A stretch of 64,000 bases of DNA from an uncultured Planctomycetaceae bacterium (GTDB lineage: Bacteria > Planctomycetota > Planctomycetia > Isosphaerales > Isosphaeraceae): positions 576,001 through 640,000 of the forward strand of contig CAWIAD010000002.1 in NCBI GenBank assembly GCA_963833985.1, in the 5' to 3' direction. The position numbers and the translations under genes were made by a program. The notes below the pieces were generated by a model, which worked only from the letters and a program-made list of their open reading frames with translations, ran no database searches and was not told where the DNA came from. Shown in pieces: positions 21,004 to 30,340 of this stretch (positions within the stretch are counted from its first letter, which is position 1; every line of letters starts with the position of its first letter).

Positions 21004-22716
21004 ATGACCAGTGAACAGGCGATTCGGATCAGCGAGATTTGCGATCGCTTCGAATGGGCAATTCTCACAGGAGTGCCGACGCGGATCGAGGACGTACTCG
21101 CGACAACCCTGGACGAGGACCGATCCCATCTCTTCGAAGACCTTCTGCGGGTCGAGCTCGACCTGATGGCGGGGGAGGAGCAGCGTCTATCCATTGGCGA
21201 CTACCTGGGCCGCTTCCCGGAGCACGTCGAGCTCGTGCAGCGGATCTTCCGGGAGAAGGAAGAGCCCGAGCCCGCCCCGCTGGGCACCATCGGCAACTAC
21301 CACCTCCAGGAGGAGATCGGACGCGGGGGACAGGGCATTGTCTACCGTGCACTCGACGTGGGCCTCGTCCCTTTTGATGTGGCCATCAAGGTCCTCGTCC
21401 CGGGCGCTGTTTCGCTCGGGGACGCGGAGCGGTTCGTCGACGAGGTCCGGAGGATGCGGGATATCGAGCACCCGCACATCGTGCCGTACCGGGCCTCGGG
21501 GAACGACCGGGGCCAGCTCTACTACGTGATGAGGTTCATGCGGGGCGAGAGCCTTGCGGATCATCTGAAAAAGCACCCTGGTCCGGTCGCAGCCCACGAC
21601 GCCGCCAGGTGGATGATCCAGATCGTCGAGGCCGTGTCCTACCTGCACCGCCAGGACCCGCCCGTCGTGCACTGCGATCTCAAGCCGAAGAACATCCTGC
21701 TCGATGAGTCCGGCAACCTGTTTGTCGCCGATTTCGGACTGGCGTTCCTGTTCAAGCCCGGTGAATCCCACCGCAAGGGTTGCGGCACCCCGCCTTACGC
21801 CGCTCCGGAGCAGATGGATCTCCACCTCAGCTCGGTTGGACCCTGGAGCGACATCTACGGCCTGGGCGTGATCCTCTACGAGCTAATCACCGGCCTCAGG
21901 CCGGAATCTGGTGGAGAACCGCTTCCGCCGAGTCGTATCCGGCGCGGCATTCCCGATGCCCTGGACCGCGTCTGCAGAAAGTGCCTGGCGCGATCCACGC
22001 GCGATCGCTACCAGTCAGTTGCACAACTGCTCGTCGAGCTGAATCACTTCATCAAGGAAGAGCCGCTGGAATTCACGCCTCCTCTCACCGCCTGGCACCG
22101 CGTCCGCGACTGGGCCAGGAGCGAGCCGGCCCTGGCCGTGCGCCTGGCCGTCATCGTCGCGTGCTCGCTCGTGCTCTGGGGCCATCCCGCAGTTTTCGGC
22201 CTGCTCCCTATTGCCGATGGCCATTGGGCCAATCTTCCGTGGGTCAAACCAATCATTGAACGGCTCGGTCCGACTCAGCCGGTATTGATCTGGGCGAACC
22301 AGGTGATTTTCACCTTCTGGGGGCTGGCTTCATGGGCGTTCCAGCGCCGGCTCACACGCAACCGCGACGGTCGCGGCCCTCAACTCGCCTGGCGGCTCGT
22401 CGACGTACTGGTGCTGGCCTCGCTCATCTTGCTCGATGACGCGCTCATGAGCCCGCTCACTGTCTCCTTCGCCGTGTTGATCGGCGCCTCGGCCTTCTGG
22501 ATGCGACCCGAGCCGGTGATTCAAACGACGCTGCTTTCCATCCTCGGCTATCTTGGCCTGATCGCAATCTACTGGCTCACACATGGTGTGATCGACTACA
22601 GGTATCGTCATTTTCACTACGTGATCGCCGTGAGCGCACTGGGCCTGACGCTCATGCACCAGGCGAACCGCATGCAAGCCTTGATTCGGATCTGCGAGGC
22701 TGGCCGCCGGTCGTGA
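21004..22716 (+). CDS. Hanks-type Ser/Thr kinase with a C-terminal multi-TM domain
   Basis: IGRGGQGIVY, VAIK, HCDLKPKNILL, DFG, GTPPYAAPEQ, DIYGLG; N-terminal ICDRFE..RIED motif; about six TM segments. Confidence 0.93.
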   Translation: MTSEQAIRISEICDRFEWAILTGVPTRIEDVLATTLDEDRSHLFEDLLRVELDLMAGEEQRLSIGDYLGRFPEHVELVQRIFREKEEPEPAPLGTIGNYHLQEEIGRGGQGIVYRALDVGLVPFDVAIKVLVPGAVSLGDAERFVDEVRRMRDIEHPHIVPYRASGNDRGQLYYVMRFMRGESLADHLKKHPGPVAAHDAARWMIQIVEAVSYLHRQDPPVVHCDLKPKNILLDESGNLFVADFGLAFLFKPGESHRKGCGTPPYAAPEQMDLHLSSVGPWSDIYGLGVILYELITGLRPESGGEPLPPSRIRRGIPDALDRVCRKCLARSTRDRYQSVAQLLVELNHFIKEEPLEFTPPLTAWHRVRDWARSEPALAVRLAVIVACSLVLWGHPAVFGLLPIADGHWANLPWVKPIIERLGPTQPVLIWANQVIFTFWGLASWAFQRRLTRNRDGRGPQLAWRLVDVLVLASLILLDDALMSPLTVSFAVLIGASAFWMRPEPVIQTTLLSILGYLGLIAIYWLTHGVIDYRYRHFHYVIAVSALGLTLMHQANRMQALIRICEAGRRS

Positions 22717-22802
22717 CGGATGTACTCCACTCGAATTCCTTTCCCGGGGTCTGACCGGTAGAATCTGATTACTGATCATTCGAGCCGCCGGAGACCCTGG
22801 CC

Positions 22803-23597
22803 ATGCCAAGCCCGTTCCCCGGGATGGACCCGTACCTGGAGCAGTTCTGGGGTGATGTCCATCATACGCTGATTACCTATGCTCGCGGTGCGCTGCAACG
22901 ACGGCTGCCCGGCGACCTGGTCGCACGAGTCGACGAGCGCGTCTTCGTCGAGTCGTCCCAGGGGCAAGGCCGGAACATCGTCCCGGACGTCCGGGTTGTC
23001 GAGCGCGGCAAATCTAGTGAGCGAGGTACCGGGCCGGGGAACGGCGTGGCACTCGCCGAACCTCTGGTCGTGCATCTCGAGCCGTCTGAACCGGTGCGGC
23101 AGGGCTACATCGAGATCATCGACATCAAGTCGGGCCGGCGCGTCGTCACGGTGATCGAGGTACTCAGCCCGTCGAACAAGGCTCCGGGGCCTGGGCGTGA
23201 CCTGTACCTCAAGAAGCAAGAAGAACTCAGGGCGGGGAATGTCACCCTGGTCGAGATCGATCTGCTCCGGGCTGGCACACGCGTTCTTTCCGTTCCCTTC
23301 GACCGCGTTCCGGAGGGGGATTGCTCTGCCTACGCGGCCTGTGCCCATAGAGGCTGGAAGCCATTCGAGATCGAGTATTACCGGCTCCCGCTCCGGGAGC
23401 GACTGCCCGCGATTCGCGTTCCCCTGCGCCGCGATGACTCCGACGTCGCGCTCGATCTTCAAGCGCTGATCGACGAGTGCTACGAGTCCGGCCGCTACGG
23501 CGACGACATCGACTATCGCGAGGAGCCCGAACCGCCGCTTGCACCCGAGGATGCCGCCTGGGCCAATGCGCTGCTGCGTGAGCAAGGCCGAAGATAA
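22803..23597 (+). CDS. DUF4058-family protein, copy 1
   Basis: MPSPFPGMDPYLE, IEVLSPSNK, VEIDLLRAG, LPAIRVPL, LDLQ. Confidence 0.9.
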   Translation: MPSPFPGMDPYLEQFWGDVHHTLITYARGALQRRLPGDLVARVDERVFVESSQGQGRNIVPDVRVVERGKSSERGTGPGNGVALAEPLVVHLEPSEPVRQGYIEIIDIKSGRRVVTVIEVLSPSNKAPGPGRDLYLKKQEELRAGNVTLVEIDLLRAGTRVLSVPFDRVPEGDCSAYAACAHRGWKPFEIEYYRLPLRERLPAIRVPLRRDDSDVALDLQALIDECYESGRYGDDIDYREEPEPPLAPEDAAWANALLREQGRR

Positions 23598-23746
23598 GAG
23601 AATCGCGATGTTAACGAGCCCTCATGTCTTCAAACATCGTCCTGATGCGGGGCCGGCGCAGAGCTTTCGCTGGCGGAGATCGGCGTGATCTCCACCGTCA
23701 CCTTCACCGTGTGATGGCCTCCCCCGAGCCGCCGGAGACCCTGGCC

Positions 23747-24542
23747 ATGCCAAGCCCGTTCCCCGGGATGGACCCGTACCTGGAGCAGTTCTGGGGTGAT
23801 GTCCATCATCGCCTTATCACCTATGCTTGCGACGCGCTTCAAAGGCGTCTGCCTGGAGATCTCCTGGCGCAGGATGGACGAGCGCGTCTTCGTCGAGCCG
23901 TCCCAGGGGCAAGGCCGGAACATCGTCCCGGACGTCCGGGTTGTCGAGCGCGGCAGACCCAGAGAGCGAGGCACCGGGCCGGGGAACGGCGTGGCACTCG
24001 CCGAACCTCTGGTCGTGCATCTCGAGCCGTCTGAACCGGTGCGGCAGGGCTACATCGAGATCATCGACATCAAGTCGGGCCGGCGCGTCGTCACGGTGAT
24101 CGAGGTACTCAGCCCGTCGAACAAGGCTCCGGGGCCTGGGCGTGACCTGTACCTCAAGAAGCAAGAAGAACTCAGGGCGGGGAATGTCACCCTGGTCGAG
24201 ATCGATCTGCTCCGGGCTGGCACACGCGTTCTTTCCGTTCCCTTCGACCGCGTTCCGGAGGGGGATTGCTCTGCCTACGCGGCCTGTGCCCATAGAGGCT
24301 GGAAGCCATTCGAGATCGAGTATTACCGGCTCCCGCTCCGGGAGCGACTGCCCGCGATTCGCGTTCCCCTGCGCCGCGATGACTCCGACGTCGCGCTCGA
24401 TCTTCAAGCGCTGATCGACGAGTGCTACGAGTCCGGCCGCTACGGCGACGACATCGACTATCGCGAGGAGCCCGAACCGCCGCTTGCACCCGAGGATGCC
24501 GCCTGGGCCAATGCGCTGCTGCGTGAGCAAGGCCGAAGATAA
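23747..24542 (+). CDS. DUF4058-family protein, copy 2; 1-nt frameshift at ~23870
   Basis: Same motifs as copy 1; the frame changes in CTGGCGCAGGATG. Confidence 0.8.
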
Positions 24543-24574
24543 GAGAATCGCGATGTTAACGAGCCCTCATGTCT

Positions 24575-25495
24575 TCAAACATCGTCCTGATGCGGGGCCG
24601 GCGCAGAGCTTTCGCTGGCGGAGATCGGCGTGATCTCCACCGTCACCTTCACCGTGTGATGGCCTCCCCCCAGGATCACCCCCTTGATCGGGCTGACATC
24701 GTCGTAGTCGCGGCCCCAGGCCAGCACGATGTGACGGTCGCAGGGAACCTGGTTGTTCGTCGGGTCGAGGTCGATCCAGCCAAAGCCGGGACAGAAGAAT
24801 GAGACCCAGGCGTGCGAGGCCTCGGCGCCCACGGCCCGCGGACGGCCGGGCGACGGAGTGTTCACGAGATAACCGCTGACGTAACGCGCGGCCAGGCCCA
24901 GCGACCGCAGGCAGCCGATCTGGAGATGGGCGAAGTCCTGGCAGACCCCGTGCTTCTGCTCCAGGACTTCCTTGATCGGAGTGGCGATGGTCGTTGCGCT
25001 CGGGTCGTACCGGAACTCGGCATGAATCCGCGCCGTCAGGTCCGCGACGGCGTCGAGAACCGGCCTCCCGGGCGGGAAAGAAGGCGCGGCGTAGGCCGCG
25101 AAACGCTCACCGGTCGTCACATAGGGCGAGTCGAAGACGAACTGGCTGGCGGTCAGCAGGTCGGCCTCCATCGCGGTGCGCAACTGCTCGCGTACCGCTT
25201 CCCAGGCCGGCGTCTGTCCGGGCGCGGGTATGCTCACCGGCGCCATCTCGACGACGTTCACTGCCGTCACGCCCAGCCGGCGGTGCGCTTCCTCGATGGT
25301 GGCGAAGGTGGCCGTGTTGCCGAAAAAATCGACCCGCTCCGTCATCACCAGAGGAGGCGGGCTGATGCGCAGCTCGCTGGAACGCCTGGTCTGCCAGGGA
25401 CAGCTTCGCGCGGCCAGGTGCAACACGTTATGGCAGAGCGACACCGCCTCGACATAATCATAAAGGGTGGTATGTGTTGCTTTATAGAGCGTCAT
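24575..25495 (-). CDS. Transglutaminase-like protein with a bacterial N-terminal domain
   Basis: HTTLYDY..DFFGN, GVCQDFAH, ARYVSGY, SHAW, DPTN, GRDYDDVSP. Confidence 0.92.
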   Translation of the reverse strand: MTLYKATHTTLYDYVEAVSLCHNVLHLAARSCPWQTRRSSELRISPPPLVMTERVDFFGNTATFATIEEAHRRLGVTAVNVVEMAPVSIPAPGQTPAWEAVREQLRTAMEADLLTASQFVFDSPYVTTGERFAAYAAPSFPPGRPVLDAVADLTARIHAEFRYDPSATTIATPIKEVLEQKHGVCQDFAHLQIGCLRSLGLAARYVSGYLVNTPSPGRPRAVGAEASHAWVSFFCPGFGWIDLDPTNNQVPCDRHIVLAWGRDYDDVSPIKGVILGGGHHTVKVTVEITPISASESSAPAPHQDDV

Positions 25496-25506
25496 GTGGT
25501 GTGTGC

Positions 25507-28181
25507 TCACACTGGGATCGCGATCCTCTCGTCTTCCGGGCGAGGCGCGTCGTGATCCTGGCTGCCCAGGTGGCGAGACGTTTGCAGATGGCTGAAGTAA
25601 CTGGCGGCGATGACGTCGGAGAGGACCGGCAGATCGGTCTCGATGCGGGAAAGCAGGCTCACCAGCTCGGTCCGGCAACCGGACTCATCGGCGCGGGCCA
25701 GGGCGTCGAGATCGGCGAGCCGCACTTCGGTCAGGTTCGCCAGAATCAGGCGCTGCTCGGTGCTGCGCCCGGCAGCGCCGGATCGCGCGGGAGGTGGTCG
25801 ATTCCATCGGCCAGCGCGGCAAGCTGGAAGGCCAGTGCACGGGGGTTCGTCTCGTCGGACAGCAGCAAATCGAGCACCGGTGCCGCCTGAATCATGCTCA
25901 GGTAGCGCCGGCGGTACGTCATCGAGCTGTCGGCGATCTCCAGCAAGGCTTCCAGCAGTGATCCTTCGGTGCGGGTCTCGATGCACAGGGTGCCCCGGAG
26001 CAGGCTCGACATCTGGAGCGACCGCTCGAGCCTGCGGCCCATGTCCAGGAAGGTCAGCGACTGGCCGCGCGTCAGGTTCTCGGCGACAAGCCCGCTGAAG
26101 GCGGCCAGCCGGCTTATTCCCGCGTCGAGCAGCTCCAGCACGTCGCTGAGCACGCCGCGGGCGTCCAGGTGTTCCAGCTCCAGTGATTCCGGGGCATTCG
26201 TGTCCGACTGCTGCGCCATGGCGGTGAGATCGGCGATCATGTCGACCATCAGGTGGCTGAGCGCTCTCCACATGTCCACCGAGATGCGGTCGCGGACCTT
26301 GGAGGCCACGCGCTGGAGCAGCACCAACGTGGCGGCCAGGCTGCCTGGGCGGGCGCGGTCGAAGATGACAGAGAGCAGCTCGTCCTCCGGCTCATCGATC
26401 GAGTCGGGCCTGGCCGGATCGAAGAACCCGGGAAACGTCCGCGTCTGTGCGGTGAGCACCCGCAGCAGGACGGGTAACTCGGGCGCATCGGACATTCCGG
26501 ATTTCTCTGTGAGGCGTACGAGAATGCCGCGGAGCAGCCGAACCACGCTCTCGGCGCGTTCGACGTAGCGACCGAGCCAGAAGAAGTTGTCGGCGTGGCG
26601 GCTGGAGAGATCGCCACCGGATCGGCTCAGCCGCAGCGAGCGATGCCGTGGTGGCAAGAGGCTGAAATCACCCACCGGTTGATCGCCCAGCACCCAGGTA
26701 TCCTTGCTGCCGCCCCCTTGCTGCATGGTCACCACCTTGGAATCAGACCGGCACGACACGCGGGCCAACCCGCCCGGCATGACCGCGTAGCCGTTGGTCT
26801 GAGCGGTCAGGAACATGCGGACGGCGGCATATCTTGGGTCGAGCCGGTCCCCCTGCATCACCGGAACCGACGAGAGTGCGATCTGCTCTTGGCCCACGAA
26901 ATTGCTCGGGCGGGCCTGGATGCGCCTGGCCAGCTCCTCGAGCTGCTGCGCATCGAGCCGGTCGGCGAACACGGGCTCGAACCAGCGACTGGCAAAGGTC
27001 GGCTTGATCACCATGCGCCGCAGCTTCGCCAGTACATGTCCGAGCCCGACAGGCTCTCCGCACCACCACGTTTCCGCCCAGGGAAGCTTCAATTCCTCGC
27101 CCAGGAGCTCGCGGCTGATGGCAGGAAGATAGGCGAGCAGCGCGGGCGTCTCCACCAGTCCGCTCCCCAGCGCGTTGGCCATGGCGACATTGCCGGCCCG
27201 CAAGACCTGGAGCAGTCCGGGAACACCCAGGAACGAATCGCCCCGGAGCTCCAGCGGGTCGCAGTAGTCGTCATCCACCCGGCGCAGGATCACATCCACG
27301 GGCTGAAGTCCGCCCAGCAGCTTCAGATAGACGCGGTTGCCTCGAACCAGCAGATCGCCCCCCTCCACCAGGGTATAGCCCAGGTATCCCGCCAGGAACG
27401 CGTGCTCGAAGTAGGTTTCGTTGTAAGGCCCGGGGGTCAGCAGGACGATCCGGGGATTGTCCCGGTTGTGCGGGGCGATGGACTGCAAGAGATCACGCAC
27501 CGACTGGAAGAAGGGAGCCAGCCTCTGCACCTGGCAATCGCGGAACAGTTCAGGAAGCATCCGGGACAGGACCAGCCGGTTTTCAAGTGCGTACCCGGCT
27601 CCCGACGGCGCCTGGGTACGGTCGCCCAGCACCACCATCGTGCCGTTGGCCAGTCGGCCAAGGTTGGCTGCGTAAAGATGAAGGTAGCGGTTGCCGGGAA
27701 CCTGCATGCCATGGCAGGCGTGCAGGAAGGCCCGATTGCCGAAGACCAGCTCGGGAGGCAGGAAACCCCTGGCCAGCAGGCGCTGGGGACCGTAAAGATC
27801 CGCCAGGATCTGATCCAGCAGCAGCGCACGCTGGATCAGGCCTGCTTCCAGGTATTTCCACTCGGAGGTGGGGACCAGAAGCGGGATCGGATCAAGCTGC
27901 CAGGGTCGATCGGTCCCCCGCGGGTCGCCGTAGACGTTGTAAGTCACCCCGTTCTGACGGATCAGGTCCTGCGATTCTTCCCACCGCCTGCGGATCTCGT
28001 CAGTGCCGAGCTGCTGCATCGCGGCGACGAACGGCTGCCAGTGCGGCCGCACACTTTCCGCGCAGGTCCGCAGCTCATCATGGCAGCCCGAGAGCGGCCG
28101 GTAGCTCTCCCAGACCGAAGGCCGGGACGTCGCATCAGCCCACAGCGGGGATGTTTCGGCTTCGGCCGTCGTGGATTGCAT
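25507..28181 (-). CDS. Circularly permuted type 2 ATP-grasp protein fused to an alpha-E domain; frameshift at ~25775
   Basis: GVTYNVY, LDPIP, DRTQAPSGAGYALENR, LTPGPYNETYFEH, MPGGLAR, GGGSKDTWV, FWLGRYVERAE, GRRLER, ADSSMTYRRRY, NPRALAFQL. Confidence 0.92.
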
Positions 28182-28242
28182 GGCGGGACTCGATCGGGCT
28201 CGACAATGAGCGCCTTGACTGTTCAAAGGTCATGATAGCATA

Positions 28243-28258
28243 GGCAAAACTCATACCA
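28243..28258 (-). promoter_or_regulatory. Putative sigma54 promoter of the ATP-grasp/transglutaminase operon
   Basis: Minus strand TGGTAT-GAGTT-TTGC (GG-N10-GC), ~60 nt upstream of ATG 28181; AT-rich tract upstream at ~28420-28490. Confidence 0.6.
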
Positions 28259-28562
28259 CAAACCCCAAAGTCCTGGGAACAGCTCCTGCTGACTATTCCG
28301 GCAGTGTTCACGGCCCGGGTCCTCCAGGCGCTGAACCGTGACCTTACCCGATGCCTTGGACGAACCTCGATTGCTTCCATGCATCCATGTGAGGCTACGG
28401 TGATGGGGAAAGGCGATCGAACAATACCCATTTTCTACAAAGTACCAAAACACGCTCCTCGATATAAATTCCACAAAATCCCCAAACCTTGAACCGGTCG
28501 CTGCCGATAGTGAGAGCGGACTTCGTGAGAGTCCGGAACCAGGCGCCCCGGCGCGCTTTACG

Positions 28563-28591
28563 TTGACGTGGCTGCGGGGATGGGCTATGGT
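28563..28591 (+). promoter_or_regulatory. Putative sigma70 promoter of the kdsD-kdsC operon
   Basis: TTGACG-N17-TATGGT, ending 69 nt before ATG 28660. Confidence 0.55.
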
Positions 28592-28618
28592 GCCCGCGCC
28601 GGCCGTTCTGGTCATTTG

Positions 28619-28656
28619 GCCGACAGGAACGGTTGCCTCAGAGGGCAGGGAGGCCC
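28619..28656 (+). promoter_or_regulatory. Two GGA-loop hairpins (CsrA/RsmA-type sites), one covering the kdsD RBS
   Basis: GCCG-ACAGGAA-CGGT and GGGC-AGGGAG-GCCC, ending 3 nt before the ATG. Confidence 0.5.
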
Positions 28657-28659
28657 ACG

Positions 28660-29686
28660 ATGGCGGTGATCACGGACACGGCCCTGTCACTGGACAGCCA
28701 GTCCGAGGCTGAGGGCCTGGCGTTTGCGCGAGATCCTGAGGATCGAGGCTGAAGCACTGTTCAGGGTGCGCGAACGGCTGGGGCCGGCGATCGCCCAGGC
28801 GGCGGAGCTGGTCTACCGCTGCACAGGGAGCGTGATCGTCACCGGCATGGGCAAGGCGGGCCTGGTCGGCCAGAAGCTCGCGGCGACCCTCGCCTCGACG
28901 GGCACCCGCGCCTTCCCACTGCATCCGGGCGAGGCGGTTCACGGCGATTTGGGCCGGATCCGGACGGACGACGTCGTGATCGCTCTCTCACAGAGCGGCG
29001 AGACGGAAGAGGTCGTGCGGTTGGTGCCGTCCTTGAGGCGCCTGGGCGCCGTGCTCGTTGCGATCACTGAGCGCACCGGCAGTGCCCTGGGCCGGGCAGC
29101 CGATCTCTGCATCGCCATAGGCCCCATCGAGGAAGCCTGCCCGCTGGGCCTGGCACCGTCGGCAAGCACCACGGCACTGATGGCCGTGGGCGATGCCCTG
29201 GCGCTGCTGGTCAGCCGCATACGCCATTTCTCCCCGGAAGACTTCGCCCTGTACCACCCCGGCGGCAGCCTGGGTCGGAAGCTGGCCCGGGTCGAGGACG
29301 TGATGCGCACCGGCCGCCAGCTTCGCCTGGCCCATGCCGGCGAGACCGTCCGCGACATCTTCGTCCGGCTGGCTGGCCCGAGGAGACGCTCAGGCGCCGT
29401 CCTGATCGTGGACGACCAGTTTCAACTCCTGGGCATCTTCACCGACAGCGACCTGGCGCGGCTGTTCGAGAAGCGACGCGAGGGCGACCTCGACCGGTCG
29501 ATCGGGGAGCTCATGACTGTGCATCCGAAACGGATCGTGGCCGGCGCGTTCCTGAGCGAAGCGGTCGAGGTCTTGAGGTCGCACAGGATCAGCGAGCTGC
29601 CGGTCGTGGACCGCGGGAACCACCTGGTCGGTCTGATCGACGTCACCGACCTGATCGGTCTGGTCCCCTTCGACGTGGAGGACTGA
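28660..29686 (+). CDS. kdsD: D-arabinose-5-phosphate isomerase, KpsF/GutQ family (SIS + 2 CBS); frameshift at ~28728
   Basis: VTGMGKAG, STGT..LHPGEAVHGDLG, SQSGETEE, EEACPLGLAPSAST, FALYHPGGSLG, GIFTDSDL. Confidence 0.9.
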
Positions 29687-29692
29687 ACCTCT

Positions 29693-30241
29693 ATGGGGCA
29701 TGCGTCGTTGCCAGATCTGGACGCCCGGTGCGCCGCCATCGAGCTTCTCGCCGTCGATGTGGACGGCGTTTTGACCGACGGGCTGATCGTGGTCGATGAC
29801 AGGGGCGTCGAGTCCAAGCATTTTCACGTGCGTGACGGTCTGGGTTATGCGCTCTGGCACCGCGCGGGGAAGCACTCGGCCATCCTCTCGGGACGCAAGG
29901 CCGAGGTCGTCGTGCGCCGGGCCGCCGAACTCAAGATCGCCCATGTGGCTCAGGGCCTTGAAGACAAGGGCGAGGCCTTCCGTGCCCTGCTGGATCAGCT
30001 TGGCCTCGAGGCTCGCCAGGTTTGCTTCGTGGGCGACGACCTGGTCGACTTGCCGGTGCTTCGCGCGGTAGGCCTATCGGCTTGCCCCGCCGATGCAGTA
30101 GCCGAGGTGCGTGCCGCGGTCCAAGTGGTCGCGACGGCCGCGGGGGGCCGGGGTGTGGTCCGCGAGGTGATCGAGGTGATTCTCAAGGGGCAGGGGCACT
30201 GGCACGGCCTTTGCGAACGATATGGCGTGCCTCCTCTCTGA
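29693..30241 (+). CDS. kdsC: KDO 8-phosphate phosphatase (HAD family)
   Basis: DVDGVLTDG, KHFHVRDGLG, VGDDLVDL, GGRGVVREV; directly follows kdsD. Confidence 0.92.
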   Translation: MGHASLPDLDARCAAIELLAVDVDGVLTDGLIVVDDRGVESKHFHVRDGLGYALWHRAGKHSAILSGRKAEVVVRRAAELKIAHVAQGLEDKGEAFRALLDQLGLEARQVCFVGDDLVDLPVLRAVGLSACPADAVAEVRAAVQVVATAAGGRGVVREVIEVILKGQGHWHGLCERYGVPPL

Positions 30242-30340
30242 ACTGCTTCGAGGGTGAAGTTGATTCCAGCTGGGACTGTTCCGATCGTACAGACGCGCCC
30301 ATGGCCGCGGTAATGCGCCAGCGGCCGGCGCAGATGCGGA

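Larger units (their letters stand above)
22781..24670. repeat. Tandem direct duplication, ~945-bp unit (22781-23725 / 23725-24670)
   Basis: Both units begin CGAGCCGCCGGAGACCCTGGCCATG and end GTGTGATGGCCTCCCCC. Each holds a DUF4058 gene plus the last ~31 codons of the transglutaminase gene. Confidence 0.95.

Noticed and set aside
22781..24670. DUF4058 pair as a diversity-generating retroelement TR/VR
   Set aside because: Differences are not adenine-specific, many are synonymous, and no reverse transcriptase is present
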